Of a stretch of 64,000 bases of DNA, positions 26,070-37,010 are shown piece by piece (positions within the stretch are counted from its first letter, which is position 1; each line of letters starts with the position of its first letter). Both the position numbers and the translations under genes were made by a program. Source of the stretch: Camelus dromedarius. Lineage: Eukaryota. A model generated the notes under the pieces. The model searched no databases and was not told where the DNA came from. It saw only the letters and a program-made list of their open reading frames with translations. Location of the stretch: the NCBI RefSeq assembly GCF_036321535.1, contig NC_087447.1:5952001-6016000 (forward strand), written 5' to 3'.

Positions 26070-27110
26070 GAGTCTCATTTACTCATTCATTCATTCTTTC
26101 TTTCATTCAGCAAACCCAGCTGAGCAGCATCTGTGGGCCAGGAGGTTTCCAGACTCCAGGGATACAGTAGGAAACAAGACCATGACCCTGACATAGTGGA
26201 GCTCGGTCTCCCAGGGCAGGAGTTCTCCACTAGAGGCAGTGCTGCCCCCAGGGGACACGATGTGTGACAATGTCTGAAGTCATTTTTGGTTGTTCCAACT
26301 GGAGGGATGCTACTGGCATCTAAAGAGAAACCAGGAATTCTGTTAAACTCCTTACTCTACAAGACATTACCCAGCCCTGGATCTCAATAATGCCAAGCCT
26401 GAGAATTCTGATTCTTGGGGAATTCAGGCCAACAAGCAAATATATACCATGTCAGATAGTGGTAAGTGCAAAGGAGAAAAATGGAACAAGACCAGGGGGC
26501 CAGGGAGCCCTACGGCATGGTGGAGGAGAAAGGTAGTCTGGGACTCTGATGCTTGAGCTGACACCCGAAGAAAGTAAAGTAGCAAAGCATATGAATCTTG
26601 CAGGAAGAGTGTGCCAGGCAGGGGAACAGCCAAGCCAAAGGCCCTGAGGTCAATGTGTGCCTGGTGAATTCAAGAAATGTCCACAGGCCAGAGTGGCTGG
26701 AGCAGAGGCAGTGAGGGGAAGAGAGTGGGATGAGAAGTTTGGGGGGAGATCACATAGGCCTGGGGGCCAAGCATGGGAAAGACTCTGGTCTTTCTTCGGA
26801 GCAAGATGAGGGCTTCGAGGGTTCTGAGTAGGGGAGTGACTGGCTCTGAGGTAAGTTTTAAAAAGATCCTTCTGGCAGGATGGAGAAGGCAAGAGAGACC
26901 AGAGGAGAGGCTGTTGCAAGACTAGATGGACCAGTGTGGCATGGACCAGACTTCAGTAGCAACGAAGGTGGTGAGAAGCAGTCAGATTCTGGATCTGTTT
27001 TGAAGGTGAAGCCAATGGGATTTGCTGAGAGATTGGACATGGGGTGTGGGGGAAAGAGGAGTCAAAGATGATCTCAAGGCTTTGGGTCTGAGCCAGTGGA
27101 AGGATGACTT
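26070..27110 (-). mobile_element. L2 relic interrupted by MER20
   Basis: cattcattcattc tail at the left end. Typical minus-strand L2 text follows (aagagtgtgccaggcaggggaacagccaagccaaaggccctgag..., ggatttgctgagagattggacatgggg). Confidence 0.65.
26217..26410 (+). mobile_element. MER20 (hAT-Charlie non-autonomous DNA transposon)
   Basis: caggagttctccac..gccccca ggggacac..gacaatgtctgaagtcatttttggttgttccaactgga..gatgctactggcatcta..caataatgccaagcctgagaattctg follows the recalled MER20 consensus end to end. Confidence 0.8.
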
Positions 27111-28701
27111 GCCCCATATTGACTTTCCTCTCATGAGAAGGACTAATTCTAGATGCTTTAGGGATGTAAATCATGAAAGAATGGCCTTCCTGGCATATAG
27201 CAAGCACTTCTAAAGTCCTGGTTCTCAGGGGACTGGCCACGTCTGCAGGGCCAGCCCCAGCACTGTAAGAAGGTTAGCAAAGCCACCCTGGCCCCACCAC
27301 CCACCCAGATTTGCTCGGAAGACTAAGGAACATTTGCCTCATTCTTCGCAGCTGACAAAGCACATCTGCAAACCCTGCATGTTATGATACAATAGCCCTG
27401 CTGGGCTGAAAGGCCCCCGTTTTGTAGATAAGAAACCTGGAGACCCAGAGAAGGTCAGTGACTTCCCACAGTCACACAGCAGATGGTGACAGAGGGGGAA
27501 GCTGGACCAGGGCAGCACACTGAGGGGCAGAACCTCTCCTCCACGTCCTCACCCCTGGCTCAAGTTTCTGCTAAGAGTGCAGTGGGTATGCAGGGGTTAA
27601 TCTGACAACCAGCTCCCCAGGGACCATCCTGAAGGATGGCCTCAGTACACAAGCCTCCAGAGGCTTCCAGGAGGGGCGGGAAGAGGACCCTGGCCAGGCC
27701 TATGTAGCAGGCCCTGGGGGCAGGGAGGGCTCCAGACATGTGATGCCTGTGTCACACATGCATGTGGGTGTCACTGTGCGCCCCATGCCCATACAAGGCC
27801 TCTCACCAGACCCCTCCCAGCCAGCCCAGCCCCCTCTCCCCAGCCCCCTCCCACATGCACTCTGCCCTCCAGCAGTAGGAGAAGCATTTCCTGTCTGTGG
27901 GCTGCCTCCTCCCCCTCTAAGCCCAGGTTCCCAGGGCCCCAGGCTGAGCAGAGGTGAAGGGAGAGCAACACTCTGCCCCTCCCTTCCCACCCCACCCACC
28001 CCGCCCCTCACACAGGAGGCTTGAGGGCAGAGGTACAGGCGGGAGCTCAGTATATAAATGCAGGTTGAGGATGCCCATTCCCGTGTGACCCTAAGGTGGT
28101 TCCCACATCCAGGGCTTGCATGCAAACCTGAGGGACTTCATGCGTTAGGGCATATAGAATGCCACACCCCTTTTATATGTACACCTCAGGGGTTTAGCCT
28201 GTCAGATGCGCAAATCTTGGACAAAGGGACAGAGCGTGTAGAGAGTGCTCTGGAGTGGGGAGAGAAGCATACACGTGTGTGTGATGTGAAGTGTGTGAGT
28301 CAGAGCATGCTTCCACACGTGTGACAAGCAGCTGTTCACGGGTGTGATGAGGTCGGTGTGTCCCGACTTGGGTCTCTGTGAATCTCTGGGAAGCGACGGC
28401 ATCCCATTGCCAAGAGCCCCAGACTGCGCTGGAATTTTCTGAGGGTCGTCCAGCCTCCTCTCCTCCTCCCCTCCCCCGCCCTCACCTCCAGCACCCCCAA
28501 CCCCTGCCCCCCACCCAAATGCTTCCTGCTTTGGCTGCCCCGGGGAGCGGGAGCAGGGAGCTGGCAGCGGCCCCAGCCCACTCCTTACAAGGCCTCAGCC
28601 CGGCCGGGGCCCGCCCCCCGGTCCGCCCTTCGGAGGCCCGGGTCCCTCCCCTTGTCAAGAGCAGCCGCCGGCCGGGCCCGGGCCAGTCGGGGGGCGTCGC
28701 G

Positions 28702-31023
28702 ATGCTGCTGCGCCTGCTGCTGGCCTGGGCGGCTGCGGTGCCCACCCTGGGCCAGGCCCCCTGGGCCACGGAGCCGCGCGCCGCCTGCGGCCCGGGCAGC
28801 TGTTACGCGCTCTTCCCGCGGCGCCGCACCTTCCTGGAGGCCTGGCTGGCCTGCCGCGAGCTTGGGGGCGACCTGGCCACGCCGCGGACCCCCGAGGAGG
28901 CCCAGCGCGTGAACAGCCTGGTGGGCTCCGGTCCGGCCAGCTGGCTGCTGTGGATCGGGCTGCAGCGGCAGGCCCGGCAATGCCAGCCGCAGCGCCCACT
29001 GCGTGGCTTCACATGGACCACGGGGGACCAGGACACAGCCTTCACCAACTGGGCCCAGCCAGCCACGGGCGGGCCCTGCCCGGCCCAGCGCTGTGCGGCC
29101 CTTGAGGCAAGTGGCGAGCATCGCTGGCTCGAGGGCTCGTGCACGCTGGCCGTCGATGGCTACCTGTGCCAGTTCGGCTTTGAGGGCTCCTGCCCAGCGC
29201 TGCCTGGTGAGGCGGGCCAGGCCGGCCCAGCAGTCTACACCACGCCTTTCCACCTGGTCTCCACCGAGTTTGAGTGGCTGCCCTTTGGCTCCGTTGCTGC
29301 CGTGCCGTGCCAGGCTGGCAGAGAAGCCTCCCTGCTCTGTGTGAAGCAGCCCGACGGTGGTGTGGGCTGGTCACGGGCTGGGCCCTTGTGCCCTGGTACT
29401 GGCTGCGGCCCCGACAACGGGGGCTGTGAACACGAGTGTGTGGAGGAGGTGGATGGTCGGGTGTCCTGTCGCTGCACCGAGGGCTTCCGGCTGGCGGTGG
29501 ATGGGCACAGCTGCGAGGACCCCTGTGCCCAGGCCCCATGTGAGCAGCAGTGTGAGCCTGGTGGGCCACAGGGCTACAGCTGCCACTGTCGCCTGGGTTT
29601 CCGGCCAGCCGAGGATGAGCCACACCGCTGCGTGGACACAGATGAGTGCCAGATCGCAGGCGTGTGCCAGCAGATGTGTGTCAACTACGTCGGTGGCTTT
29701 GAGTGCTACTGCAGTGAGGGCCACGAGCTTGAGGCCGATGGCATCAGCTGCAGCCCTGCTGGGGCCATGGGTGCCCGGGCTTCTCAGGACCTTGGGGACG
29801 AGTTGCTGGATGACGGGGAGGATGAAGAGGATGAAGATGAGTCCTGGGAGGCCTTTGATGGTGGCTGGACAGAGATGCCTGGGATCCCGTGGATGGAAGC
29901 CACGCAGTCGTCTGACTTTGGCCTGGCCTATAGACCTAGCTTCCCAGAGGATGGAGAGCCACGGATGCCCTACCTGGATCCCACCTGGCCACCCCCGCTT
30001 AGTGCTCCCAGGGTCCCCTACCTCTCCTCAGTGCTCTCTATCACCCGGCCTGTGGTAGTCTCTGCCACACGCCCCACACTGCCTTCAGCCCACCAACCCC
30101 CTATTATCTCTGCCACACGCCCACCCCTGGCCCCTGCCCCTCAGCCCCCTTTGATCCCTGCCATGCATCCATCTTTGCCCTCTGACCACCAGTTCCCCAT
30201 GATTTCGGCCAAATATCCAGATCTGCCTTCAGCCCACCAACCTCCTGTTATCTCTGCCACATACCCAGGACCAACCCCTGCCCACCAGCCCCCAATTATC
30301 TCAGCCAAATATCCCGAACTGCCCCCTGCTCACCAATCCCCCATGTTTCCAGATACCCAGGCCATTGATACCCAGACCACCACTCATTTGCCTCGAATCC
30401 CAGCTAACCACACCCTTCTGATCACCACCTCCAGTCCCCATCCACCCAGTGTGACTCCAGATGTCCCAGTCCTCAAAGCCAAGGCCCCCCACCTTCCCAT
30501 TACTTCTACTGTCCAGCCTTTTCTGACCACTACCTCCAAGTCCCCTGTACTCCCTGCCCATCAAGTCCCTGTGCCTGCTGCCACCCAGGCCCCAGCTTTC
30601 CACACTTCTCTGCCTGGTCAGAGCCCCACTAACCAGACCTCACTCACCAGCCCTACACACCCCCATTCCAAAGCCCCACAAGTCCCAAGGGAAGGGGCCC
30701 CTGACCCTAGTCTGACCCCATGGCTGCCCTCAGCAGCTCCCACAGCTGCCCCGACAGCCCTGGGGGAGGCCAGTCTAGGAGGCCGCAGTCGGAGGGATGA
30801 TCGGTGGCTGCTGGTGGCACTCCTAGTGCCCGCATGCGTCTTCTTGGTGGTCCTACTCGCACTGGGCATTGTGTACTGTACCCGCTGTGGCCCCCACGCA
30901 CCCAACAAGAGTGTGACCGACTGCTATCGCTGGGTCACCCACACTGGGAGCAAGGGCCCGACGGAACCTGCGCCCCACCGGGGCAGCCTCACAGGGGTGC
31001 AGACCTGCAGAACCAGCGTGTGA
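28702..31023 (+). CDS. CD248: CD248 (endosialin/TEM1), 773 aa, single exon: signal peptide, C-type lectin, sushi, 3 EGF, mucin stalk, TM, PDZ-binding tail
   Basis: MLLRLLLAWAAAVPTLGQ, CGPGSCYALF..WIGLQRQARQC, CVDTDECQIAGVCQQMCVNYVGGFEC, DDRWLLVALLVPACVFLVVLLALGIVYC, ends CRTSV*. True start at gtcgcgATGc (28702). Confidence 0.97.
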   Translation: MLLRLLLAWAAAVPTLGQAPWATEPRAACGPGSCYALFPRRRTFLEAWLACRELGGDLATPRTPEEAQRVNSLVGSGPASWLLWIGLQRQARQCQPQRPLRGFTWTTGDQDTAFTNWAQPATGGPCPAQRCAALEASGEHRWLEGSCTLAVDGYLCQFGFEGSCPALPGEAGQAGPAVYTTPFHLVSTEFEWLPFGSVAAVPCQAGREASLLCVKQPDGGVGWSRAGPLCPGTGCGPDNGGCEHECVEEVDGRVSCRCTEGFRLAVDGHSCEDPCAQAPCEQQCEPGGPQGYSCHCRLGFRPAEDEPHRCVDTDECQIAGVCQQMCVNYVGGFECYCSEGHELEADGISCSPAGAMGARASQDLGDELLDDGEDEEDEDESWEAFDGGWTEMPGIPWMEATQSSDFGLAYRPSFPEDGEPRMPYLDPTWPPPLSAPRVPYLSSVLSITRPVVVSATRPTLPSAHQPPIISATRPPLAPAPQPPLIPAMHPSLPSDHQFPMISAKYPDLPSAHQPPVISATYPGPTPAHQPPIISAKYPELPPAHQSPMFPDTQAIDTQTTTHLPRIPANHTLLITTSSPHPPSVTPDVPVLKAKAPHLPITSTVQPFLTTTSKSPVLPAHQVPVPAATQAPAFHTSLPGQSPTNQTSLTSPTHPHSKAPQVPREGAPDPSLTPWLPSAAPTAAPTALGEASLGGRSRRDDRWLLVALLVPACVFLVVLLALGIVYCTRCGPHAPNKSVTDCYRWVTHTGSKGPTEPAPHRGSLTGVQTCRTSV

Positions 31024-31275
31024 TGGGGCGCAGCACCCCCTCTGCGGGGTGGGGGAAAGAAGCATGCGTTGGACACATGTCTCAGGCTGCACCAGGGACC
31101 CATGCGGGCTGCCCAGCTGGACAGAGGGCTTCCTGCTCCCCTGGGCCCAGCCAGACTCCTCTCTCACTCAACCACTAGACTTGACTCAGGAACTCTGTTT
31201 CCTGGCCCAGCACTCACGACAGAGGAGATGCTGAGGCCTCCAGGACCTCTGGGGGTGGGTGCTGGGATCTTCTCC

Positions 31276-31281
31276 AATAAA
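31276..31281 (+). terminator. Polyadenylation signal of CD248
   Basis: AATAAA ~250 nt after the stop. Confidence 0.8.
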
Positions 31282-32849
31282 CGAGGTGCCAACCTCACCC
31301 AGAGCTCCTGACCTCCATTAGTGCCTGAGGGGAGGGTCTGGGAGGACTCAGGAAAAAGAAAAGGACCTTCTTTCAGCTTGTTTGGGCCTGCAAGGAAATA
31401 AGGTAAGACCCCTTGAGGGAGTGTATGCTCTAGAGATTCTCAGGGAAACAGGAACCCGGAGGGCAGGACCTTGCCCAAGGTCACACAGCGGGCCTAGGAA
31501 TGGGAGCTTTGGCATGGAGAGAATTCCATATTTGTTCTTCTTTTTACCAAAACTCTAAGAAGGTGGGACTGAATCTGGAGGAGGGTTCTGGAATGAGGGC
31601 TTCTGCTGAATTGGAGCCAAACTGGGGCTTAGGAGGTCAAAGGTAAGCTCTAGGCCTGGTGACTCTGGGGAATGAAAGGGGTCTAGTGGGTGAGCTTCTC
31701 CTTTCTTCCAGTATTTCCCTTCCTATCCCCAAAGGCTGCCCAGAAATTGGTGGCTGAGGTTCAGGTCACTCAAGGGTACTGCCACCCCTCTGGGTTGTAG
31801 GTGCTTATGAGGCACGCCTCCTCTCTGCTCTGGGGAGGAGGTGGGAGTCAGAGCCCAGCAGGCTGGGTTGGGGAGAGCAGGGAACCCAGGAGGAGATCCC
31901 ATATTCAGCTCCCTAGGCAGCCTCCTGAGCAAGGCCTTCCCATCTTGGGCCACACTGTGCCCTTCTATGCATGGACGGTGCTGGGACAGGGAGAACTCAG
32001 ATTGAGTGATGGTTCAGGGAGCTCCAGGCTGAGGTGTCCCATGAACAGGAGGAGAGGCTGGTAAAAAAAATCACAGCCTGGGGGTACCCAGCAACCTCCC
32101 TCACATACTTGGGGAGAGGGAGAGGCGGGACCTGGCAGGGGGAGGCGCCGGTTCCCACCACCTCTGTAATTTTTCAGTTGCAGCTTCTAAGGGACCTCTA
32201 ATTAGGACAGAGCAGAACCACCACGACCACCCGGCAGGCGAGGACGGATGGCCCAGAGCCCCTTTCCCTAAGCAGTGCCCTTTGCCACCCCCTGACCCCA
32301 GGGGCTAGGCCTGGGCTAGAAGTTTGAGCCGGGCCCCAGAGGACGGGGAGAGAAGGGGCGGGAATTAGGGACGATCGCGGGTGCAGGGTAGGGTGCGGTG
32401 CAGAGGGGGCGGAGGGAACATTACGAACCGCCCCCCTCCACTCTCACGTTCCTCTAACTCAAACCAGATGCCCCTGCCAGATCCCGCCCAAGCTTTTAAC
32501 GTCGGAGGTGCAACCAGAGAGGTTCGCTGGATTGGGAGTGGGGGTCGCGAGATGGTCCAGAGCACTGGGTCTGAGAAGGTGGGGGCGCAGCTTAGGGGGA
32601 GGGTGTGACAAAGCCTGCCAGGATGGTAAGGACTGGAATTCCCTCCAGTGACCCTGGGCTGGAGATCCATAGCGCCCCGAGGGCAGGAAGGAGTTAAAAC
32701 CACTGCTGTCAGAGGGCGGGGATGGGAGTGGGGAAGAGCGCCCAGAGCCGGCTCTTTGTCATCCCGTAATGAGCACCAGATGCAGAGCTGCGTGCGGGCC
32801 TAAACAGACGGCCTCCCAGGGCAGAGCCCCTACTTGCGCTGAACTGGGG

Positions 32850-33670
32850 CTCCGCCCAGGCTCAGTACTGCGTTTCAGGCTCCGCCCAGTAACTCAGGCC
32901 CCGCCTCTCCAGGCTTTTAGCCTGGTCTCTCTGAGCTACGAGCCACGCCCACCCACTGCTGTCAAGCGTCCCCTCGGGACCTCTCCAGAGGCCAAGTCCA
33001 CAAAAGCCACAGCCTCGCCTTCTGTCAGCTCAGAGATTCTCGCGGAACGATTGCCCCGCCCCTCTGTTCTATCGGCTCCGTCCCAACCAAGGAGGTACCA
33101 ATGGCACAGCCCACCGGGGCCATAAGCCCCGCCTCCTAGGCGCAGTTCTCTCTAGGAGAGTGGCAGAGCTAGTAGTTCCCTCTTCCAGGAGGTATAAACT
33201 CCGCCCAGAGTCTACAAAGTCTCCTCCTTTACAGAGCTGAGGACTCAGTCCACAGGTGCAAGGAATCCCGCAGAAACATTAACTCTGTCTGGGAGGGATG
33301 CAAACTCTGCCCTCCAGGAGCAACCGCGTTCCCTTCAAGCACCTCTTCTGGCCACGCCCCCAGCTACAAGCCCCGCCCCCGCACCGCATCCCCAGTCGCA
33401 AGGGCGGCCCAAGCCCGGTCTCACAAAAGAAAGAGCTCCGCTCACGTTTGGCTAACACACTTTTCCTTCACACTGAGGTAATGGCCCACCTACACAGAGC
33501 CTCAGGGCCCTCCCACTAAGAATGCCCAGAAGCCCTGCCCGTGATGGTCCCTAAGCCCCGCCCACCCAGAGCGCTCCTCCTGGGGCTTTGAGCACTAGCC
33601 TCAACCACGCAGAGAACATAACCCAACCTCTTCTCTCAGACTCCGCCTTCTGTTATGTGTAGCCCCGCCC
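32850..33670 (+). promoter_or_regulatory. Orphan array of 12 co-oriented Sp/KLF GC boxes with TATAAA
   Basis: C(C/T)CCGCC(C/T) or CCACGCCC at 32850, 32880, 32899, 32943, 33054, 33127, 33199, 33352, 33371, 33556, 33641, 33663; TATAAA 33193-33198. Confidence 0.55.
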
Positions 33671-33924
33671 ACCCTTAGACCCCACCTTGACGGGAAGCAA
33701 GCCGAGCTCGCTCTGGACCTGAGCTCTCGAGGTTGTTCACTGCCTCTGGGTATGCTCAGACAACTGGGTGCGCACCCCGTTGACCAGGATGCCCCTGAAC
33801 ACGGCCGTGGCGTCCTCTCTCTTCTCTACCCACGATTTCCTTTCAGTTTGACTAGATTGCGGGTTCTCTGGAGGCCGCTCCGAGACGAAGAGCCCCGCGG
33901 ACGGCTTCCATGAATGCGCCTTTG

Positions 33925-33938
33925 GCGCCACCTGCCGT
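33925..33938 (-). promoter_or_regulatory. CTCF motif (reverse)
   Basis: Minus strand ACGGCAGGTGGCGC, 13/14 consensus, in a small CpG-rich patch. Confidence 0.55.
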
Positions 33939-34739
33939 CGGCGCCGTGGCTTGCGGCCACCGGGAAGACGCAGTCCAGCCTCTCTCCCAAGGCACACTAG
34001 GGCTCAATGAATAGTTCCACAATTTATTAAATGTTTGTGTTATTCAAATACATGCTGAGCACCCCCTGCCGGCAAAAACACAACAGATATGCTCGCAGGT
34101 GCCCTTCGTCGTATTTGGAAGACCCCAAGGGGGCTTCACACAGGCCATCAAGCTGAGGCGGTCCCTGCCAGTCTTTACAGCAGCTGGTGGGACTTTTGCT
34201 GAATCTTCCTTTTGAATCCTGTTTCCCAGGGGCAAAAGCACAGCCTGTCACCTGGGGGCCAAGAATTGTTAGTGCTGGGTCCTCCCTTCTCCCAGCTGGT
34301 GCTCCAAAGTGTGGACGTCTTTCCTAGGGTTGTGTGTTTGGCGGGAGGGAGTGGGTTTGTGTTCAGAGGTCCTCAATTGGAATTGGAGAGTCACAGTTTT
34401 TGGAGTCAGATTAATCTCAGGGCTGACCTCCATATCAGCGCTCATCACTACATTTGAGCATATTAGCCTGCTCACTTCCACACTAGACAGGGTCTCCAGG
34501 AGACTGTAGTTCAGTGCTAGGAACTCAATAAAATGTTCTTCAAACATTACTGGGACAGACTGGGGAGCTAAAGTTAAGGGGGGCAGAACTCACACCTACT
34601 GAGCTCAGGTGCCAGCACTTCAGAGCCACCCCTGACAAACTCGGGCTTGGGGAGTGAGATGCCTCCTCGAGGAGATTCTAGCTCTGGTGCCCTGGCCTCT
34701 CTGAATGGGAGCGAGGCTTGGTGCCAAATAATAATGAAA

Positions 34740-35460
34740 ATAATAGTAGGTGCTTGCAGAACTCATTATAAGTCTAGTCCAATTCTAAGGGCTTTACATT
34801 TAAGAACATTTTAAGAACCATAAAATTTAAAGACCATTTAAGAACCAAAACAGTCTCCACAAAGTGCTGTTTTTACCACAATTTATGGATGAGGAAGCTG
34901 AAGGCACTTGCCTGTGTTAAGCCATCTGTTCTATTTGACCAAGTTAGTAAGTGGAGGTTTGAACCCAGGTAGATTCCGTGATCTTTGCTCCTAGAGCAGA
35001 GCCAGTCCATAATGATAGCCATGTCTCTGATCAGAAAATGCCCACCTCCCAGGGAACTTGAGTTTAGGGGTGAGGCTGCAAGATGTGGGCTCCCAGGATG
35101 ATCACACTGTGATTGGGGTGGGGGGGGCAGGTGAAGCCTTACTTATGGTCAGGTGTTGTGGTTTTGGTGGAGGATGATGCTAAGTGAGGCACTGCCTGTA
35201 ACCTCATGGAATCTAGATAAGGGGCCCAGACCAGAAGTAGCTTTAGGGTCCCTGACAGTGGCCATGCTTTAGCGTGGTTTTAGTGAGTTTGGGGATTTCT
35301 CACCAGGAGACCAACTAGCAGTGGTTAAGACCAGGCACCCTGCACTAGACAGCCTTGCTTTGACTCCAGCTCCACTACTTGAACGCTGGAGACCTTAGGG
35401 AGGTTCCCTAACCACTCCTCATTTGAAAAATTGGCAGACTACAATACTCATTATAGTCAC
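34740..35460. mobile_element. Two MIR fragments (~34740-34990 minus, ~35310-35460 plus)
   Basis: caatttatggatgaggaagctgaaggca..ggtttgaacccaggtag; gtggttaagaccaggc..ctttgactccagctccactact..ccttagggagg. Confidence 0.65.
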
Positions 35461-35663
35461 GATAATCTGTTGGAGAGGGGAAAGGACTCTATGAGGAGAG
35501 AAAGGTTTCTAGCTGGAAGCCAATGAAGACCTTCCGGGTGGCTGAATGAACCTGCTTCAGGAAGTGCTGTCTGCTTTAGCCTTGAGGATGGGAGTGCAGA
35601 AACTGATCACAGAAGAGCCGAATCTGCAGAAACTGACATGCCACACCCACCGAGTCCTTGTCA

Positions 35664-36210
35664 CAGAGGTTCCCAAACACTGTCAGTTCACCACATCCTG
35701 AGTGTCTCAGTGATTTTTTTTCACGGCATCCCTTGGTCAAGAAAAAATTAGCCAACAGTTCAATTTAATACACAGTTAGGTTCAAAAAACATAAGAAGTA
35801 CTTGTGTTTTAATACTTCAGTAGTCATTTGAGAATGCATACATTGAAAGACACAAAGATATTTTATTTTATTCTTAAATGACCACAGTCACTTGCTCATG
35901 GGGTATGTGCATCCCTTCTCAAAACTTGGAATCAGGTTGGACCTCGTCACCTTCATTTCCTGTTCCACATTGGCTTTCCCTGCGGTACTTGCTTTTTATC
36001 ATGGTAGGTGCCAAAAATCCAGCTGTGCAAAGATATTACATCATCGAAAGGAAAGCAGTCCAATCTGATGTTGAAACTGTGAACTCCCTCAAGCTAGCAG
36101 CTTGCCAGTTGTCTGAAATATCCCCAGTATCTCTGTGTTTTTAATATTATCAAAGTTTTATAGTATTTCATGGCGACCCTATGAGTTTGCTGCAGTACAT
36201 GGGGCCCTAC
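35664..36210 (+). mobile_element. hAT-Charlie DNA transposon relic (Charlie4a-like), right end eroded
   Basis: TIR-like start cagaggttcccaaac. Internal ttggaatcaggttggac..ttcatttcctgttccacattg..catcgaaaggaa..tgttgaaactgtgaact resembles the recalled Charlie4-type consensus. Confidence 0.6.
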
Positions 36211-36859
36211 ATCAAGGGAAGGAGCTTGTTAGACACCAGGCTTCTGATGGAGGATACCTACAGGGACTGGGAAGAAAGTACGAGATTGAGGGGTGCCTAT
36301 AACCCCTTCCTTCCCCCTTGCTCTACTCCATTGCTAGGTTTGTCCCATGGTAGCTAATGAGAGGTGGAAAATGGAAACAAAATGGGCCAGTGTGTGTGGG
36401 CAAAATCAATTTAAGAAGACGATTGCACACCCAAGATGAACGACAGAAGGCTGTGGAGCACAACCAAATCTGGATTCGGGGGCTGCACTACCAGGCAGCA
36501 GAAAGTAAATATTTAGGTCTCGATGTGTGGATGGTCTTGGAGGGCCTAAGGGGAGGCTGGATTTTCTTGCTCTAATGCAGGCATCTGGACAGCAGCTTTT
36601 TTCACAGGGCTCACTCCAGCCCCGAATTGGCACTGGGTCACCCAGGAGGAGTCAGACCTCCTTGGAATAATGCAGAGGAAAGAATTCCAAGGCTTTAGGA
36701 GAAAGGGATGGTAAAATCAGTCTATCCCACCTGTTAGCTCCCCAAACCACAGACTGATGTTTCACCAGTTCCCAGAGATTCTCCATTCTCAGGGGCCATT
36801 GGAAACAGGCTGATTAAAGAAGCCCTGGAAGGACTAGTTGAGGTCAATGCTCCACCTGG

Positions 36860-37010
36860 ATCTTCCAGGATACTAATCTCCCCCATTTCATGGACCTTAA
36901 CCATAATCACAACCGCAAATCCCCTTTTCCATGTAAGGCAACATACTCACAAGTTCTGGGGATTAAGATGTGGACATACTTGGGTCCATTATTCTGCCAA
37001 CCACACTTAG
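36860..37010 (-). mobile_element. MaLR MLT1 LTR fragment
   Basis: aaatccccttttccatgtaaggcaacatactcacaagttctggggattaagatgtggacat..attctgccaaccaca is the reverse of an MLT1 5' end. Confidence 0.7.

Noticed and set aside
28378-28701. 881-aa CD248 starting at 28378
   Set aside because: The called start is GTG. The signal peptide and recalled orthologue begin at ATG 28702.
34406-34448. C/D-box snoRNA-like GTGATGA...CTGA on the minus strand
   Set aside because: Only 43 nt from box C to box D, a minimal terminal stem, no recognisable rRNA guide and no host intron.
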